A stretch of 64,000 nucleotides of DNA from Armatimonadota bacterium (GTDB lineage: Bacteria; Armatimonadota; SYMT01), in assembly GCA_046292385.1 (NCBI GenBank), contig JBKBRF010000017.1:37727-101726 (forward strand), given 5' to 3'. Under the pieces are notes generated by a model that worked only from the letters and a program-made list of their open reading frames with translations, was not told the DNA's origin and did no database searches. The translations under genes were made by a program, and so were the position numbers. This document shows, in pieces, positions 44,037 through 53,657 of this stretch. Position 1 is the first letter of the stretch, and each line of letters opens with the position of its first letter.

Positions 44037-45115
44037 ACGGGGGACTGGCGCTGGAGATCGGGCTCGCGCGTCCCGGCTTCGAGCTGGAGGTGGAGCTCAC
44101 CGTCGAGCCGGGGGAGACGGTGGTGCTGGTCGGCCCCAGCGGCAGCGGCAAGACGACCACCCTCCGCGCCATCGCCGGGCTGGTGCGTCCGGACCGCGGC
44201 CGGATCACGATTGCGGGGCGGGCGGTGCTCGACACGGAGCGGCGGATCGACCTGCCCCCGTGGGAGCGGCGGGTCGGCTACGTCTTCCAGGACTACGCGC
44301 TCTTTCCGCACCTGACGGTGGAGCAGAACCTCCGGTACGGCCTCCGCTCCCGGGACGCGAATTCGGGCGACCGCGTCCGGGAGTGGCTGCAGGCCCTCGG
44401 GATCGCGGAGCTGGCGCACCGACGGCCGGACCGGCTTTCCGGCGGGCAGCAGCAGCGGGTCGCGCTCGCCCGCGCCGCCGTGAGCGACTCCGACCTGCTC
44501 CTCCTGGACGAGCCATTCGGCTCCCTCGACGCCGCCACCCGGCGCAGCGTGCGGAACGAGCTGCGGGACTACCTGCGCCGCGCCGCGCGGACCGCGCTGC
44601 TGGTGAGCCACGACTACCTCGACGCGCTCACGCTGGGCGACCGCATCGCGGTGCTGGAGGAGGGGCGGCTGGTGCAGGTCGGCTCCCGCGAGGAAGTGCT
44701 GCGCCGTCCCCGCACCCCGTTCCTGGCGGCGCTCACCGGGCACAACGTGCTGGAGGGCACCCTGCAGCCGCCGGCGCCCGGCGCCGAAGAGCGGGAGGCC
44801 GCCGCCGGGCCGCTCCGCTTCCACGTCGCTGGCGGCACCGAGCTGCCGGCGGGCCCCGTCTTCCTCGCCTTCGGGCCGCAGGAGGTCACCCTGCTGCGGG
44901 AGGCCCCCGGCGCCGCCTCGCTCTCCGCCCGCAACCGCTTCCCCGCGACGGTGCGGGAGATCGTTCCGCTGCCGGACCGCCTGCGCGTCTACCTCGACGC
45001 CGGCCTGCCGCTCATGGCCGACGTGGTCCCCTCCGCCGCCGCGGAGCTCGGACTCCGCGAGGGCGCTCCGGTAACCGCCGCGATCAAGTCGACCGCCATC
45101 GAGGTCTACCGGTAA
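44033..45115 (+). CDS. modC: Molybdate ABC transporter ATPase with TOBE domain
   Basis: GPSGSGKTT, LSGGQQQRVALARA, LLLDEP, SLSARN TOBE motif. Confidence 0.92.
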   Translation: MNGGLALEIGLARPGFELEVELTVEPGETVVLVGPSGSGKTTTLRAIAGLVRPDRGRITIAGRAVLDTERRIDLPPWERRVGYVFQDYALFPHLTVEQNLRYGLRSRDANSGDRVREWLQALGIAELAHRRPDRLSGGQQQRVALARAAVSDSDLLLLDEPFGSLDAATRRSVRNELRDYLRRAARTALLVSHDYLDALTLGDRIAVLEEGRLVQVGSREEVLRRPRTPFLAALTGHNVLEGTLQPPAPGAEEREAAAGPLRFHVAGGTELPAGPVFLAFGPQEVTLLREAPGAASLSARNRFPATVREIVPLPDRLRVYLDAGLPLMADVVPSAAAELGLREGAPVTAAIKSTAIEVYR

Positions 45116-45258
45116 CGATAAGCTCGACCCGTGGCGTTCGGAGGCGGAGCCGGAGAACGCCCCTTGTGACCGCCCCTGGGCGCAGGGACGGTAGCTCGAC
45201 CGACCAGGGCTCGGGGTCGGGCCCACGGAGCCAACGCTGCCGGGCGGACTGAAAACGC

Positions 45259-45294
45259 GAAGGGGGAGCGGCCTCGAAAGACCGCTCCCCCTTC
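45259..45294. terminator. Hairpin between convergent genes
   Basis: GAAGGGGGAGCGG-CCTCGAAAGA-CCGCTCCCCCTTC. Confidence 0.6.
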
Positions 45295-45319
45295 CGATCC
45301 AACCTCACTCAACGGCCGA

Positions 45320-46831
45320 TTACTTGAATCCGATCAGCACCGGAAGCTGGTTGGAGACGAGGGTGTTGTTGTGCTCCTCGCTCTCCGCGATCTGGTTGCT
45401 GTGGTCCACAATCGCAAAGACGTACTTGCCCTGCACCACCTGGTAGAGCTCCGCCGAGAGCTTCCCGATCTTCAGCTTCACGGTGTCCGACTTCTTCCCG
45501 TTTAGCGCCGGAACGGTCGCCTGCACCACCCGCTTGCCGATCGCGAGCGGCAGGTCGTCTTCGCTCAGGGTGGCGTCGCTGGAGAGCACGAAGGCCACCT
45601 TCGCCGCCTTGGTCTTGCCCTTGCCGAGGTTGCTCACCTTCAGCACGCCGCTCAGAGCGTACTTCGTCCTGCGCGCCTTGCCCTCTTTCTTCACCTTCAG
45701 CTTGAACTGCGTGGGGTGCAGGTCCGCCAGGCTGCCGCCGCCGTCCCCGCCGCCGGGAGTGAGAATGTAGGAGCTGTAGTCGATTCCGTCCCACGCCTGC
45801 GTCGCGATCTGGCCTGCGTTGTTGATGTCGGTGGCGGAGATGATGAAGTCGTGGCCGCGGCGGCCCAGCACGTTCTTCAGGGAGACCATCTGCCCGTTCT
45901 CCCAGAGGAACGGTACATAGTTGGAGTTCCCGACTACCTGTCCGCGGTTATTGATCGCGAACGCGGCCGTGCCGCGAAGATACTGGTTCTCCGCCGGCAG
46001 GTTGCCGAGGTCCGTGATCGTGCCGTTCCGGTAGAGGAACGCGCGGTTCTCCCCGTGCGCCGTGCCCACGTCCGGGAGGGACGCCATGCCGACCACGTCG
46101 CCGGAGTCGTTGATGTCCGTCGCGTAGTGGCCGTTCGTACCGCCGAAGCCCGGCAGGGCGATCGGCACGCTGCTTCCTGCCTCCCAGAGCGCCGCGAATT
46201 CGTTGTACTCCTCGCCGTAGGTGGTGCCGACGATCTGTCCGTGGCTGTTGATGGCTCGCGCGATGCCCGGGCCGAGGTCGCGCAGGCCGGTCGCCTCATT
46301 CCAGGCGACGGCGTGCGAATCGGACTGGCCCACCACGGTCCGGTCGTCCGAGATGCCGAAGGCCGCACTGAAGTACTCGGAGCTGAAGCTCTCCCCCAGG
46401 TCGACGAGCTGCTGCTCCGCAGCCTTCCAGAGGAACGCGTGGTAGGTCTCGTCCTCGCCGACCGCGCGCTGGGCCTCGCCCACCACGTCGCCCTGGCTGT
46501 TGATCCCGTAAGCCCGACCGTGGGTGCCTTCCGGGCCGAGGGTCGGCAGGATCGTCATCTTGATCTCGGCGCGGGGATCGTAGACGAACGGCCGGGTCAC
46601 GCCCTCGTCCTGCAGCTCTCCGACGGCGACGCCGTTCTCGTTGATCGCGCTGACGAAGAGATATCCCGGCCAGGCGATCTTCTCGCCGGTAAAACTGAGC
46701 GCCGCCGCCTGAACGGAGGCGGAGGCGGAGCGGACCGCCAGCAGGCCGGCGGAGCCGGTGCAGAGGAGCGCGAGGGAAGCGGAAAGCACGCCCGCAAACC
46801 GGCGCGAGCGGAGACCAATCAGAGGGCTCAA
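45320..46831 (-). CDS. Secreted HAF-repeat protein with C-terminal CARDB-like domain
   Basis: Repeats A.GIN..G.VVG...HAFLW...DLG; C-terminal DHSNQIAESEEHNN; TTG start after AGGAG. Confidence 0.85.
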   Translation of the reverse strand: MSPLIGLRSRRFAGVLSASLALLCTGSAGLLAVRSASASVQAAALSFTGEKIAWPGYLFVSAINENGVAVGELQDEGVTRPFVYDPRAEIKMTILPTLGPEGTHGRAYGINSQGDVVGEAQRAVGEDETYHAFLWKAAEQQLVDLGESFSSEYFSAAFGISDDRTVVGQSDSHAVAWNEATGLRDLGPGIARAINSHGQIVGTTYGEEYNEFAALWEAGSSVPIALPGFGGTNGHYATDINDSGDVVGMASLPDVGTAHGENRAFLYRNGTITDLGNLPAENQYLRGTAAFAINNRGQVVGNSNYVPFLWENGQMVSLKNVLGRRGHDFIISATDINNAGQIATQAWDGIDYSSYILTPGGGDGGGSLADLHPTQFKLKVKKEGKARRTKYALSGVLKVSNLGKGKTKAAKVAFVLSSDATLSEDDLPLAIGKRVVQATVPALNGKKSDTVKLKIGKLSAELYQVVQGKYVFAIVDHSNQIAESEEHNNTLVSNQLPVLIGFK

Positions 46832-47191
46832 GGGGAACTCCTGGTGAAAGAGCGCCTCCGTGGGGCTGCGGAGAAGAGGCGCTTGCGGGGGGAACTGGCT
46901 GTCGCCAGCATGATAGCTCTCAGAGCCACCCTATAGGATATTGGCTTCTATCCGCACTCAATGCAGCAATTCCAGCGGAGTTCTTTCGCTCGGCGGACGA
47001 GCTGGCGCCGCTGCGGAATGACGCGTAGACACCAGCGCGAAGTTCGGTATCCTTCCCAAAAGGCGCGGCCGCCGGCACCTGTCTCCGCGGCCGGGCCCGC
47101 CCCGCGAAGAGAACCGAGCGCAGGAGACTGGCTGAGCGGAAGCGGCAGCGCGCTGAGATCCGGTGGGACCGCGATGCGAAGGGAGGTTCCC

Positions 47192-47878
47192 ATGGAGACC
47201 ACGCGGCGGCAGGTGTTGACGGCGGCAGCCGGACTGGGGCTGGCGCTCTCCGGGATGAGCGGAGCAGCGGAGGAGAAGGGGATGGAGGAAATCCCGGCCA
47301 CCGAGGACCTGATGCGGGAGCACGGGGTCCTGGACCGGGTGCTCCTGATCTACGAGGAGGGAATCCGGCGCATCCGGAGCCGGGAGGAAGTGGCGCCGGA
47401 ACTGTTCACGCACACGGCGCAGCTCGTGCGGAAGTTCGTCGAGGATTACCACGAGAAGCTGGAAGAGCAGTTCATCTTCCCGGCCTTCCGGAACGCGAAC
47501 CGGCACACGGACCTCGTGACCACCCTCAAACGGCAGCACGAGGCGGGGCGGGCGGTCACCGACGCGATACTGCGGCTGGCAGCCCCCGACCGGTTCCGCA
47601 GCCGGGAGGAGCGCGGCAGGCTCGCGGACGCGGCGGCGTCGTTCATCCGGATGTACCGTCCCCACTCCGCACGGGAGGACACAGTGCTCTTTCCGGCTCT
47701 GCGGGAGATCCTCACCGCGAAGCAGATCGACGAGCTGGGCGAGCAGTTCGAAGAGCAGGAGCACAAGCTTTTCGGCGAGGAGGGCTTCGAGAAGACCGTG
47801 TCGGCGGTGGCCGGGATCGAGCGGCAGCTCGGCATCTACGATCTCGACCAGTTCACGCCGCGTCCACCGTGCTCCTGA
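47192..47878 (+). CDS. Hemerythrin/HHE domain protein with Tat signal
   Basis: TRRQVL signal; EDLMREH, YHEKLEEQFIFP, QHEAGR, HSAREDTVLFP. Confidence 0.85.
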   Translation: METTRRQVLTAAAGLGLALSGMSGAAEEKGMEEIPATEDLMREHGVLDRVLLIYEEGIRRIRSREEVAPELFTHTAQLVRKFVEDYHEKLEEQFIFPAFRNANRHTDLVTTLKRQHEAGRAVTDAILRLAAPDRFRSREERGRLADAAASFIRMYRPHSAREDTVLFPALREILTAKQIDELGEQFEEQEHKLFGEEGFEKTVSAVAGIERQLGIYDLDQFTPRPPCS

Positions 47879-48045
47879 GCTCGCTGCACGGGCGAGAGCC
47901 GGTCGGTCCCGACCAGACCGGAGGCCGCCGCCGCGGGATGCGGCCTCCGGTCTTACTCTTCCTCTTCCACCACTACAGGAGGATTCCGCCGGGCGGCGAA
48001 CCGGGGCATGGTAGTGCCGGTATCCGCGCGCAGAAGGAGGAGGCC

Positions 48046-48912
48046 ATGGACCAGCGAATCATCGATCTCTACGACGAGTACACCCACGTGCCTCTCGACC
48101 GGAGGGTGTTCCTGGAGCGGCTGACCCGGCTCACCGGCAGCGCGGCCGCGGCGCTGGCCCTGGTGCCGCTCCTGGAGGCGAGACAGGCGAGCGCCGCGAT
48201 CGTTCCGGCGGATGACGCGAGGTTGGAGACGTCGCGGATCACCTACCCGGGAGAGACGGGCGAGATCAAGGGCTACCTGGCGCGGCCGAAGGGCGCGGGG
48301 AAGCTGCCGGCGGTAATCGTAATCCACGAAAACCGGGGGCTGAACGCGCACATCGAGGACGTGGCCCGGCGCATGGCCCTGGAGGGCTTCCTGGCGCTGG
48401 CGCCCGACATGCTCTCCCCGCTCGGCGGCACGCCCGCGGACGAGGATGCGGCCCGCCAGATGTTCGGAAGGCTGGACGCGGGACAGACGGTGCAGAACCT
48501 GATCCGGGCCGTCGCGTTCCTGGAGAAGCACCCGCAGGCTAACGGCAGGGTGGGCGCCGTCGGGTTCTGCTGGGGCGGCGGGATGGTCGGCGAGCTGGCA
48601 GTCGCCTCACCCGCTCTCGACGCCGGCGTGGTCTACTACGGACGGCAGCCGCGCGCCGAGGACGTGCCGAAGATCCAGGCGCCGCTGCTGCTCCACTACG
48701 CAGGGCTGGACACCCGGATCAACGCCGGCATCCCCGCCTTCGAAGAGGCGCTGAAGGCCGCGAATAAGAAGTACACGCTCCACGTCTACGAAGGCGCGAA
48801 CCACGCGTTCAACAACGATACCTCGGAGGCCCGCTACAACAAGCAGGTCGCGGACCAGGCGTGGGCGCGGACGGTCGCCTTCTTCAAGGAGCACCTGAAG
48901 GCCGCGGACTGA
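48046..48912 (+). CDS. Dienelactone hydrolase family protein (YghX-like)
   Basis: LYDEYTH...DRRVFL, IHENRGLN, GFCWGG nucleophile, HAFNND. Confidence 0.92.
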   Translation: MDQRIIDLYDEYTHVPLDRRVFLERLTRLTGSAAAALALVPLLEARQASAAIVPADDARLETSRITYPGETGEIKGYLARPKGAGKLPAVIVIHENRGLNAHIEDVARRMALEGFLALAPDMLSPLGGTPADEDAARQMFGRLDAGQTVQNLIRAVAFLEKHPQANGRVGAVGFCWGGGMVGELAVASPALDAGVVYYGRQPRAEDVPKIQAPLLLHYAGLDTRINAGIPAFEEALKAANKKYTLHVYEGANHAFNNDTSEARYNKQVADQAWARTVAFFKEHLKAAD

Positions 48913-48973
48913 GTGGGTGAGTGGGGGAATGGGAGAGTGGGGGAAAGCGCTCTCTCACTCCTCCTCTCTCACC

Positions 48974-50878
48974 TCAGCGTGGCTTCCTGGGTGGGAGCGC
49001 GAACGCGACGTAAGCGTCTCCCGAGGGGGTCTGCAGCTTGCCGCCGCCGCCCGCGGCTATAACGACGTACTGCCGGTCGTCCACCTCGTAAGTGCACGGC
49101 GTGGCGTACCCGGCGAACGGCAGCGGGTGCTCCCAGAGCAGCTCGCCGCTCTCCTTGTCGAACGCGCGGATCTTCTCGTCCCGCGTACCGGCCACGAAGA
49201 CGAGCCCGCCTGCCGTTACGATGCTGCCCCCGAGGTTTTCGGTCCCGGTGGGCGGCAGGCCCCGCGCGCGCAGCTCCGGGTACTCTCCCAGCGCCTGCTG
49301 CCAGGCGTGCTCGCCGCGTCCGAGGTCGATCGCGGTGAGCCGGCCCCACGGCGGCTTCACGGCGGGGTAGCCCTCGTGATCGACGAAGCGGGCGTAGCCG
49401 GTGTTCCGGTAGGGGTCCTTAGAACCGGGCGCCGACGCCTCCAGCGCGTGCTCCCGAGGGATGTCGTTGGAATTTACGTAGAGCCGGCCGGAGGTCGGAT
49501 CGAATGAGGCCCCCGCCCAGCTCGCGCCGCCGTGGAAGCCAGGCATGCGGACCGTCGGCATGGTGCCGGTCGGCGTGAAGATTGGGCCGAAGCGCATCTC
49601 CTTCAGCCGCTCCAGCACGCGGCGCCGCGCTTCCGGGGTGCGGTCGGTCACGTCCGCCTCCGTAAACCCCTGGCGGGCGAACGGCGGAGGCTTGAGCGGG
49701 AACGGCTGCGCCGGCGCGGAGTGCTCGCCCGGAAGATCGGACTTCGGCACCGCGCGCTCCTCCATGCCGAAGAGCGGCTTGCCGGTGCGGCGGTCCAGCA
49801 CCCAGCAGTGGCCGGTCTTCGTCACCTGTGCCACCGCCTCCACGTCGCGGCCGTTGATCCGGACGGTGCAGACGACCGGCGGGCACGGGTTGTCGTAGTC
49901 CCACAGGTCGTGCCGCACCACCTGGAAGTGCCAGACCCGCTTTCCGGTCTCCCCGTCCAGCGCGAGGACGCAGTTCCCGAAGAGGTTGTCGCCCTTGCGG
50001 TCTCCGCCGTAGAAGTCGAACGCGGGGGAGCCGGTGGCGACAAAGACGAGTCCGTTCTTCGTGTCGACGCTCGCCCCGCTCCAGGCGTTGCAGCCGCCGC
50101 GCTCCTTCCAGTCGTCCCCCTGCCACGTCTCGTGACCCGGCTCCCCCGGCCGGGGAACGGTGTGGAACCGCCACCGCTCCCGGCCGGTGCGGACATCGAA
50201 TGCCCGCACGTCGCCCGGGGCGCCCGGCCGCGGCCCCTCGCCGTTGCTGAAGCCGAGGATCGCGAGATCGCCGTAGATCGCCGGAGCGGAGGTGCAGCCG
50301 TACGGCAGCTTGCTGATGTCTCGCTCCAGCCCGTCGCGGAGATCGACCACGCCCCCGCGGCCGAAGCGCGGATCGAGCCGGCCGGTGCGGGCGTCGACCG
50401 AGAGCAGGCGTCCGTCCGCCGTGGCGTAGAGCACGCGGCGGCTCCGGCCGTCGGTCCAGTACGCCACGCCCCGGTTCACCCCTCCGGAGGCGAGGAGCGG
50501 GCTGCGGGGCTCGAGCTGGAACGGATCGAGCTTCCACCGCTCCTCGCCGGTCGCCGCGTCGAGCGCCACCAGCTTCGGCTTCGGGCTGCAGGTGGTGGCG
50601 TAGAGCGTGCCGTCGACCACCACCGGAGTGCACTCGATGTTGGTCCACTTCGGCGGATCGGCGTCCCCCGTGCGGTAGACCCACGCCACCTGGAGACGGT
50701 CGACGCTGCGGCGGTCGATCTGGTCGAGACGGGAGTAGCGCGTCCCCTCCTGGTCGCCGTTCACCGCGAGCCAGTCCGCCCGCGTCCCCACGTGGGACGG
50801 CAGCCGCGCCGAGGCGGTGGAGAGCAGCCCGGCAGAGAGCGTCAGCAGCGGAAGCGAGAGCAGGAGACGGCGGCGCAT
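48974..50878 (-). CDS. PQQ-dependent (glucose/quinate-type) dehydrogenase
   Basis: RYSRLDQI, NRGVAYW, RHDLWDYD, KPPWG.L.AIDL, TENLGGSIVTAGGLVF, ATPCTY. Confidence 0.92.
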   Translation of the reverse strand: MRRRLLLSLPLLTLSAGLLSTASARLPSHVGTRADWLAVNGDQEGTRYSRLDQIDRRSVDRLQVAWVYRTGDADPPKWTNIECTPVVVDGTLYATTCSPKPKLVALDAATGEERWKLDPFQLEPRSPLLASGGVNRGVAYWTDGRSRRVLYATADGRLLSVDARTGRLDPRFGRGGVVDLRDGLERDISKLPYGCTSAPAIYGDLAILGFSNGEGPRPGAPGDVRAFDVRTGRERWRFHTVPRPGEPGHETWQGDDWKERGGCNAWSGASVDTKNGLVFVATGSPAFDFYGGDRKGDNLFGNCVLALDGETGKRVWHFQVVRHDLWDYDNPCPPVVCTVRINGRDVEAVAQVTKTGHCWVLDRRTGKPLFGMEERAVPKSDLPGEHSAPAQPFPLKPPPFARQGFTEADVTDRTPEARRRVLERLKEMRFGPIFTPTGTMPTVRMPGFHGGASWAGASFDPTSGRLYVNSNDIPREHALEASAPGSKDPYRNTGYARFVDHEGYPAVKPPWGRLTAIDLGRGEHAWQQALGEYPELRARGLPPTGTENLGGSIVTAGGLVFVAGTRDEKIRAFDKESGELLWEHPLPFAGYATPCTYEVDDRQYVVIAAGGGGKLQTPSGDAYVAFALPPRKPR

Positions 50879-51327
50879 GGCTGGGCTCCCTGAAGGCAAG
50901 AGCGGCGGAGAGGGGGCACCGGGATGCGGGGCACGGACCCTCCGCCGCCAGGCCTGCTTCCGGAAACGCACGGACCGCGGCGGTAGGGGAGAGCCAGGAG
51001 TTGCTTCGACGGGATGCGGACCGGCTCCTCGTGCGCTTCCCCGCTTGGATCGGCGGAGCTGGGAAGCGCCGGATGAGCGGGTCACAGGACGCTGCGCCGC
51101 GCCACCGCTTGAGGAGCGCCGCTCCCGGGAACAACCTCGCAGCAGAGATCGGGGCTAAATCTCCGTCAGACCGGGATCGACGGGTGGAGATGGCAAGGGA
51201 GAGTGGGCGAGAGGGCGAGCTTGAGAAGCTGCTCCCGGGAGCGAGTCTCCCACTCTCCCGCTCTCCCTTGCTCCCACTCAATCCCGAAAGAAGTAGCCGG
51301 ACACACCAGTAGGAATGAGGAGCAGAG

Positions 51328-52200
51328 ATGAACCTGGGGAGCGCGCGATCGTCGGGTGGACAGTGGCCGGGAGGCCGGATGGGGGAGGCCGCGGCGGAGG
51401 CGGCGCCGTGGGTCGAGACGCTTGCGCGGGCCGGCTTCGCGGCGAAGGGCCTGGTCTACGCGCTGGTCGGCTATCTCGCGCTGCAGGCGGCGATCGGCAG
51501 CGGCGGGAAGACCACCGACTCCTCCGGCGCGCTCCGAACGCTCCTGACGCAGCCGTTCGGGCAGATCTTGCTCGGCGTGGTGGCGGTGGGACTCTTCGGC
51601 TACGCGCTCTGGCGCCTGGTGCAGGCGTTCTGCGACCCATCCGGCAAAGAGGCGGACGCCAAGCGGATCGCCAAGCGGATCGGCTACGCCGCCAGCGGCA
51701 TCGCCTACGGCGCGCTGGGAGTGGCCGCGGTGCAGATGGCGGTCGGGCTCGGCGGCGGCAGCTCCCGCGGCGGGGGCGACGGCGCCGCGCAGGACTGGAC
51801 CGCCCGCTTCCTGGCGCAGCCGTTCGGACCGTGGCTGGTGGGGCTGGCGGGCCTCTTCATCATCGGGCTCGGAATCAACTTCCTCTACATCGCCTGGAGC
51901 TGCGCGTTCGAGAAGAAGCTGGCGCTGGGAGAGATGAGCGACAGCGCGCGGAAGTGGACCCTGCTGGCCGGGCGCGCCGGGCACGCCGCCCGGGGAGTGG
52001 TCTTCCTGCTGATCGGCGCGTTCCTGATCCAGGCGGCGCGGCAGTCCGACCCGAAAGAGGCGCACGGCCTCTCCGGCGCGCTCCACACGCTGGGGCAGCA
52101 GAGCTACGGGCCGTGGCTGCTCGGGATCGTCGCCGCGGGGCTGATCGGCTACGGGCTCTTCATGCTCTTCTCCGCCCGCTACCGCAAAGTCTGGGCGTAG
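51328..52200 (+). CDS. DUF1206 membrane protein
   Basis: LARAGFAAKGLVY, QPFG repeated three-unit architecture, GLSGAL.TL...YGPWLL. Confidence 0.88.
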   Translation: MNLGSARSSGGQWPGGRMGEAAAEAAPWVETLARAGFAAKGLVYALVGYLALQAAIGSGGKTTDSSGALRTLLTQPFGQILLGVVAVGLFGYALWRLVQAFCDPSGKEADAKRIAKRIGYAASGIAYGALGVAAVQMAVGLGGGSSRGGGDGAAQDWTARFLAQPFGPWLVGLAGLFIIGLGINFLYIAWSCAFEKKLALGEMSDSARKWTLLAGRAGHAARGVVFLLIGAFLIQAARQSDPKEAHGLSGALHTLGQQSYGPWLLGIVAAGLIGYGLFMLFSARYRKVWA

Positions 52201-52504
52201 CCGGAAGCTGCCTGGGCGCCGGGGCCATGCTCAGCGGCACCGGCGCCTAACGACGTCCAGGATGCCGCTGGAGACGCAGTAGAGAAGGAACCACCACAGG
52301 CGCTCCTCGGGTGGCCGGAAGAACACCATCGCGAGCATGCCCCATGCTGCTGCGATGCCCGCGGCCAGAATCAGAACGCACTGAAGCCACGAGCAGAGCT
52401 TGAAGAACCGCATCGACCGATTCACGGGTCCACCCCCGGCGTGCGCGCGGTGCAACTCTGACCTGCGAGGCGGTTCGCCGGGTTGGGCGGCGAATCCTCG
52501 GAGG

Positions 52505-52555
52505 CGGGCGACTGAAGTCGCGGCAACAAAGGCACGAAGTCCCCCTCCGGGGACT
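52505..52555 (-). repeat. REP-like double-hairpin element (copy 2)
   Basis: Reverse complement AGTCCCC-GGAG-GGGGACTTCG...GTTGCCGCGACTTCAGTCGCCCG aligns with 9157-9207. Confidence 0.65.
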
Positions 52556-52749
52556 CACTCGGTCTCTTCTGCCCTCGCCTCCAATTCCCGGTGCAGCTCC
52601 TGGAGCATCTGGTTCAGGTATTCTTCGCCATCGCAGAGCTCTCCGCGATTGGCGCAATCTATTCCCACCTGGATCTCGCGGCGCAGGGCCTCAAGCGTAG
52701 ACTCATCGGCGTGGTTCTGCTGCATCAGCGGTTCCTCTCGCGCACTCAT
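52555..52749 (-). CDS. Small acidic protein resembling the C-terminal half of a ParD-type antitoxin
   Basis: LEALRREIQVGID.A.RGE..DGEE resembles ParD toxin-binding segments; no RHH N-terminus and no toxin gene seen. Confidence 0.5.
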   Translation of the reverse strand: MSAREEPLMQQNHADESTLEALRREIQVGIDCANRGELCDGEEYLNQMLQELHRELEARAEETE

Positions 52750-52753
52750 TGCT

Positions 52754-53539
52754 TCACGCGGATGCGCCGGTGTAGTAGCGCAGGCCGAAGCGCCAGAACG
52801 CGGAGGAGGCGAGCAGCGCGGCGGCGGCGGCCCCGAGGGCGACCGGCACGAAGTCGGGAGCGAGGCGGCCGGTGAGAGCCTCGGCGGGGACGGTGATGAT
52901 GAAGACGACCGGCACCACGTAGGTGAGCGCCATCCGCAGCCAGTGGGGGTAGATCTCCACCGGGTACCGGCCGGTCTCGAACGCCTGCCAGATGATCTGC
53001 TCGATGTTCTCCAGCCGCACCACCCAGAAGGTGAGGGTCACCAGCACCAGCCAGAAGCTGTAGATCACCGCCAGGCCGGCGGCGAGGGTGACGGCGAAGG
53101 TCCCGGCCTGCGCCCAGCCGACGGAGAGCGCCAGCCGCTGCACGCAGTAGACCGCCAGCGCGCCGCCGATGAGCAGGTTGGAGGCGCGCCAGATGTTGAG
53201 CGTGCGGAACGTCGCCATGAACTGGGAGCTGACCGGCTTCATCAGGACGAAGTCGAGCGTTCCCTCCCGCACCTGGTTCATGATCTCGCGCATGTTCGGC
53301 GCGATGAACGTCTCGATCAGCCCGTCCATCAGGTAGTAGATGGAGAGGAGTACCAGCGCCTCCGCGAAGCTCCAGCCCTTGATCTCCGGCGCGTACTGGT
53401 ACGCCACCCAGAGGCTGCCCGCCGTGGTGAGCAGCCCCAGGAGACTCGCGAAGATCCGGGTGAAGAAGTCCGCCCGGTACTCCATATCGGTCTGGATACT
53501 GGTGCGGTAGAAGACCCGCAGGAGCTTCAGGAAAAACAT
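52754..53539 (-). CDS. ABC-2 family (DUF990-type) permease
   Basis: MEYRADF, VREGTLDFVLMKP, GRYPVEIYP, GLRYYTGAS. Confidence 0.88.
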   Translation of the reverse strand: MFFLKLLRVFYRTSIQTDMEYRADFFTRIFASLLGLLTTAGSLWVAYQYAPEIKGWSFAEALVLLSIYYLMDGLIETFIAPNMREIMNQVREGTLDFVLMKPVSSQFMATFRTLNIWRASNLLIGGALAVYCVQRLALSVGWAQAGTFAVTLAAGLAVIYSFWLVLVTLTFWVVRLENIEQIIWQAFETGRYPVEIYPHWLRMALTYVVPVVFIITVPAEALTGRLAPDFVPVALGAAAAALLASSAFWRFGLRYYTGASA

Positions 53540-53657
53540 CGTGGGCTAGAAGAAAGAAGAGAGAAGAAAGAAGAAGGATGCTCTCCGGGGACCTTCACTC
53601 TCGCGTCGCAGCGGTTCCGAATTCATCCCTCATCGTTCATCCCTCATCCCTCCGAGG

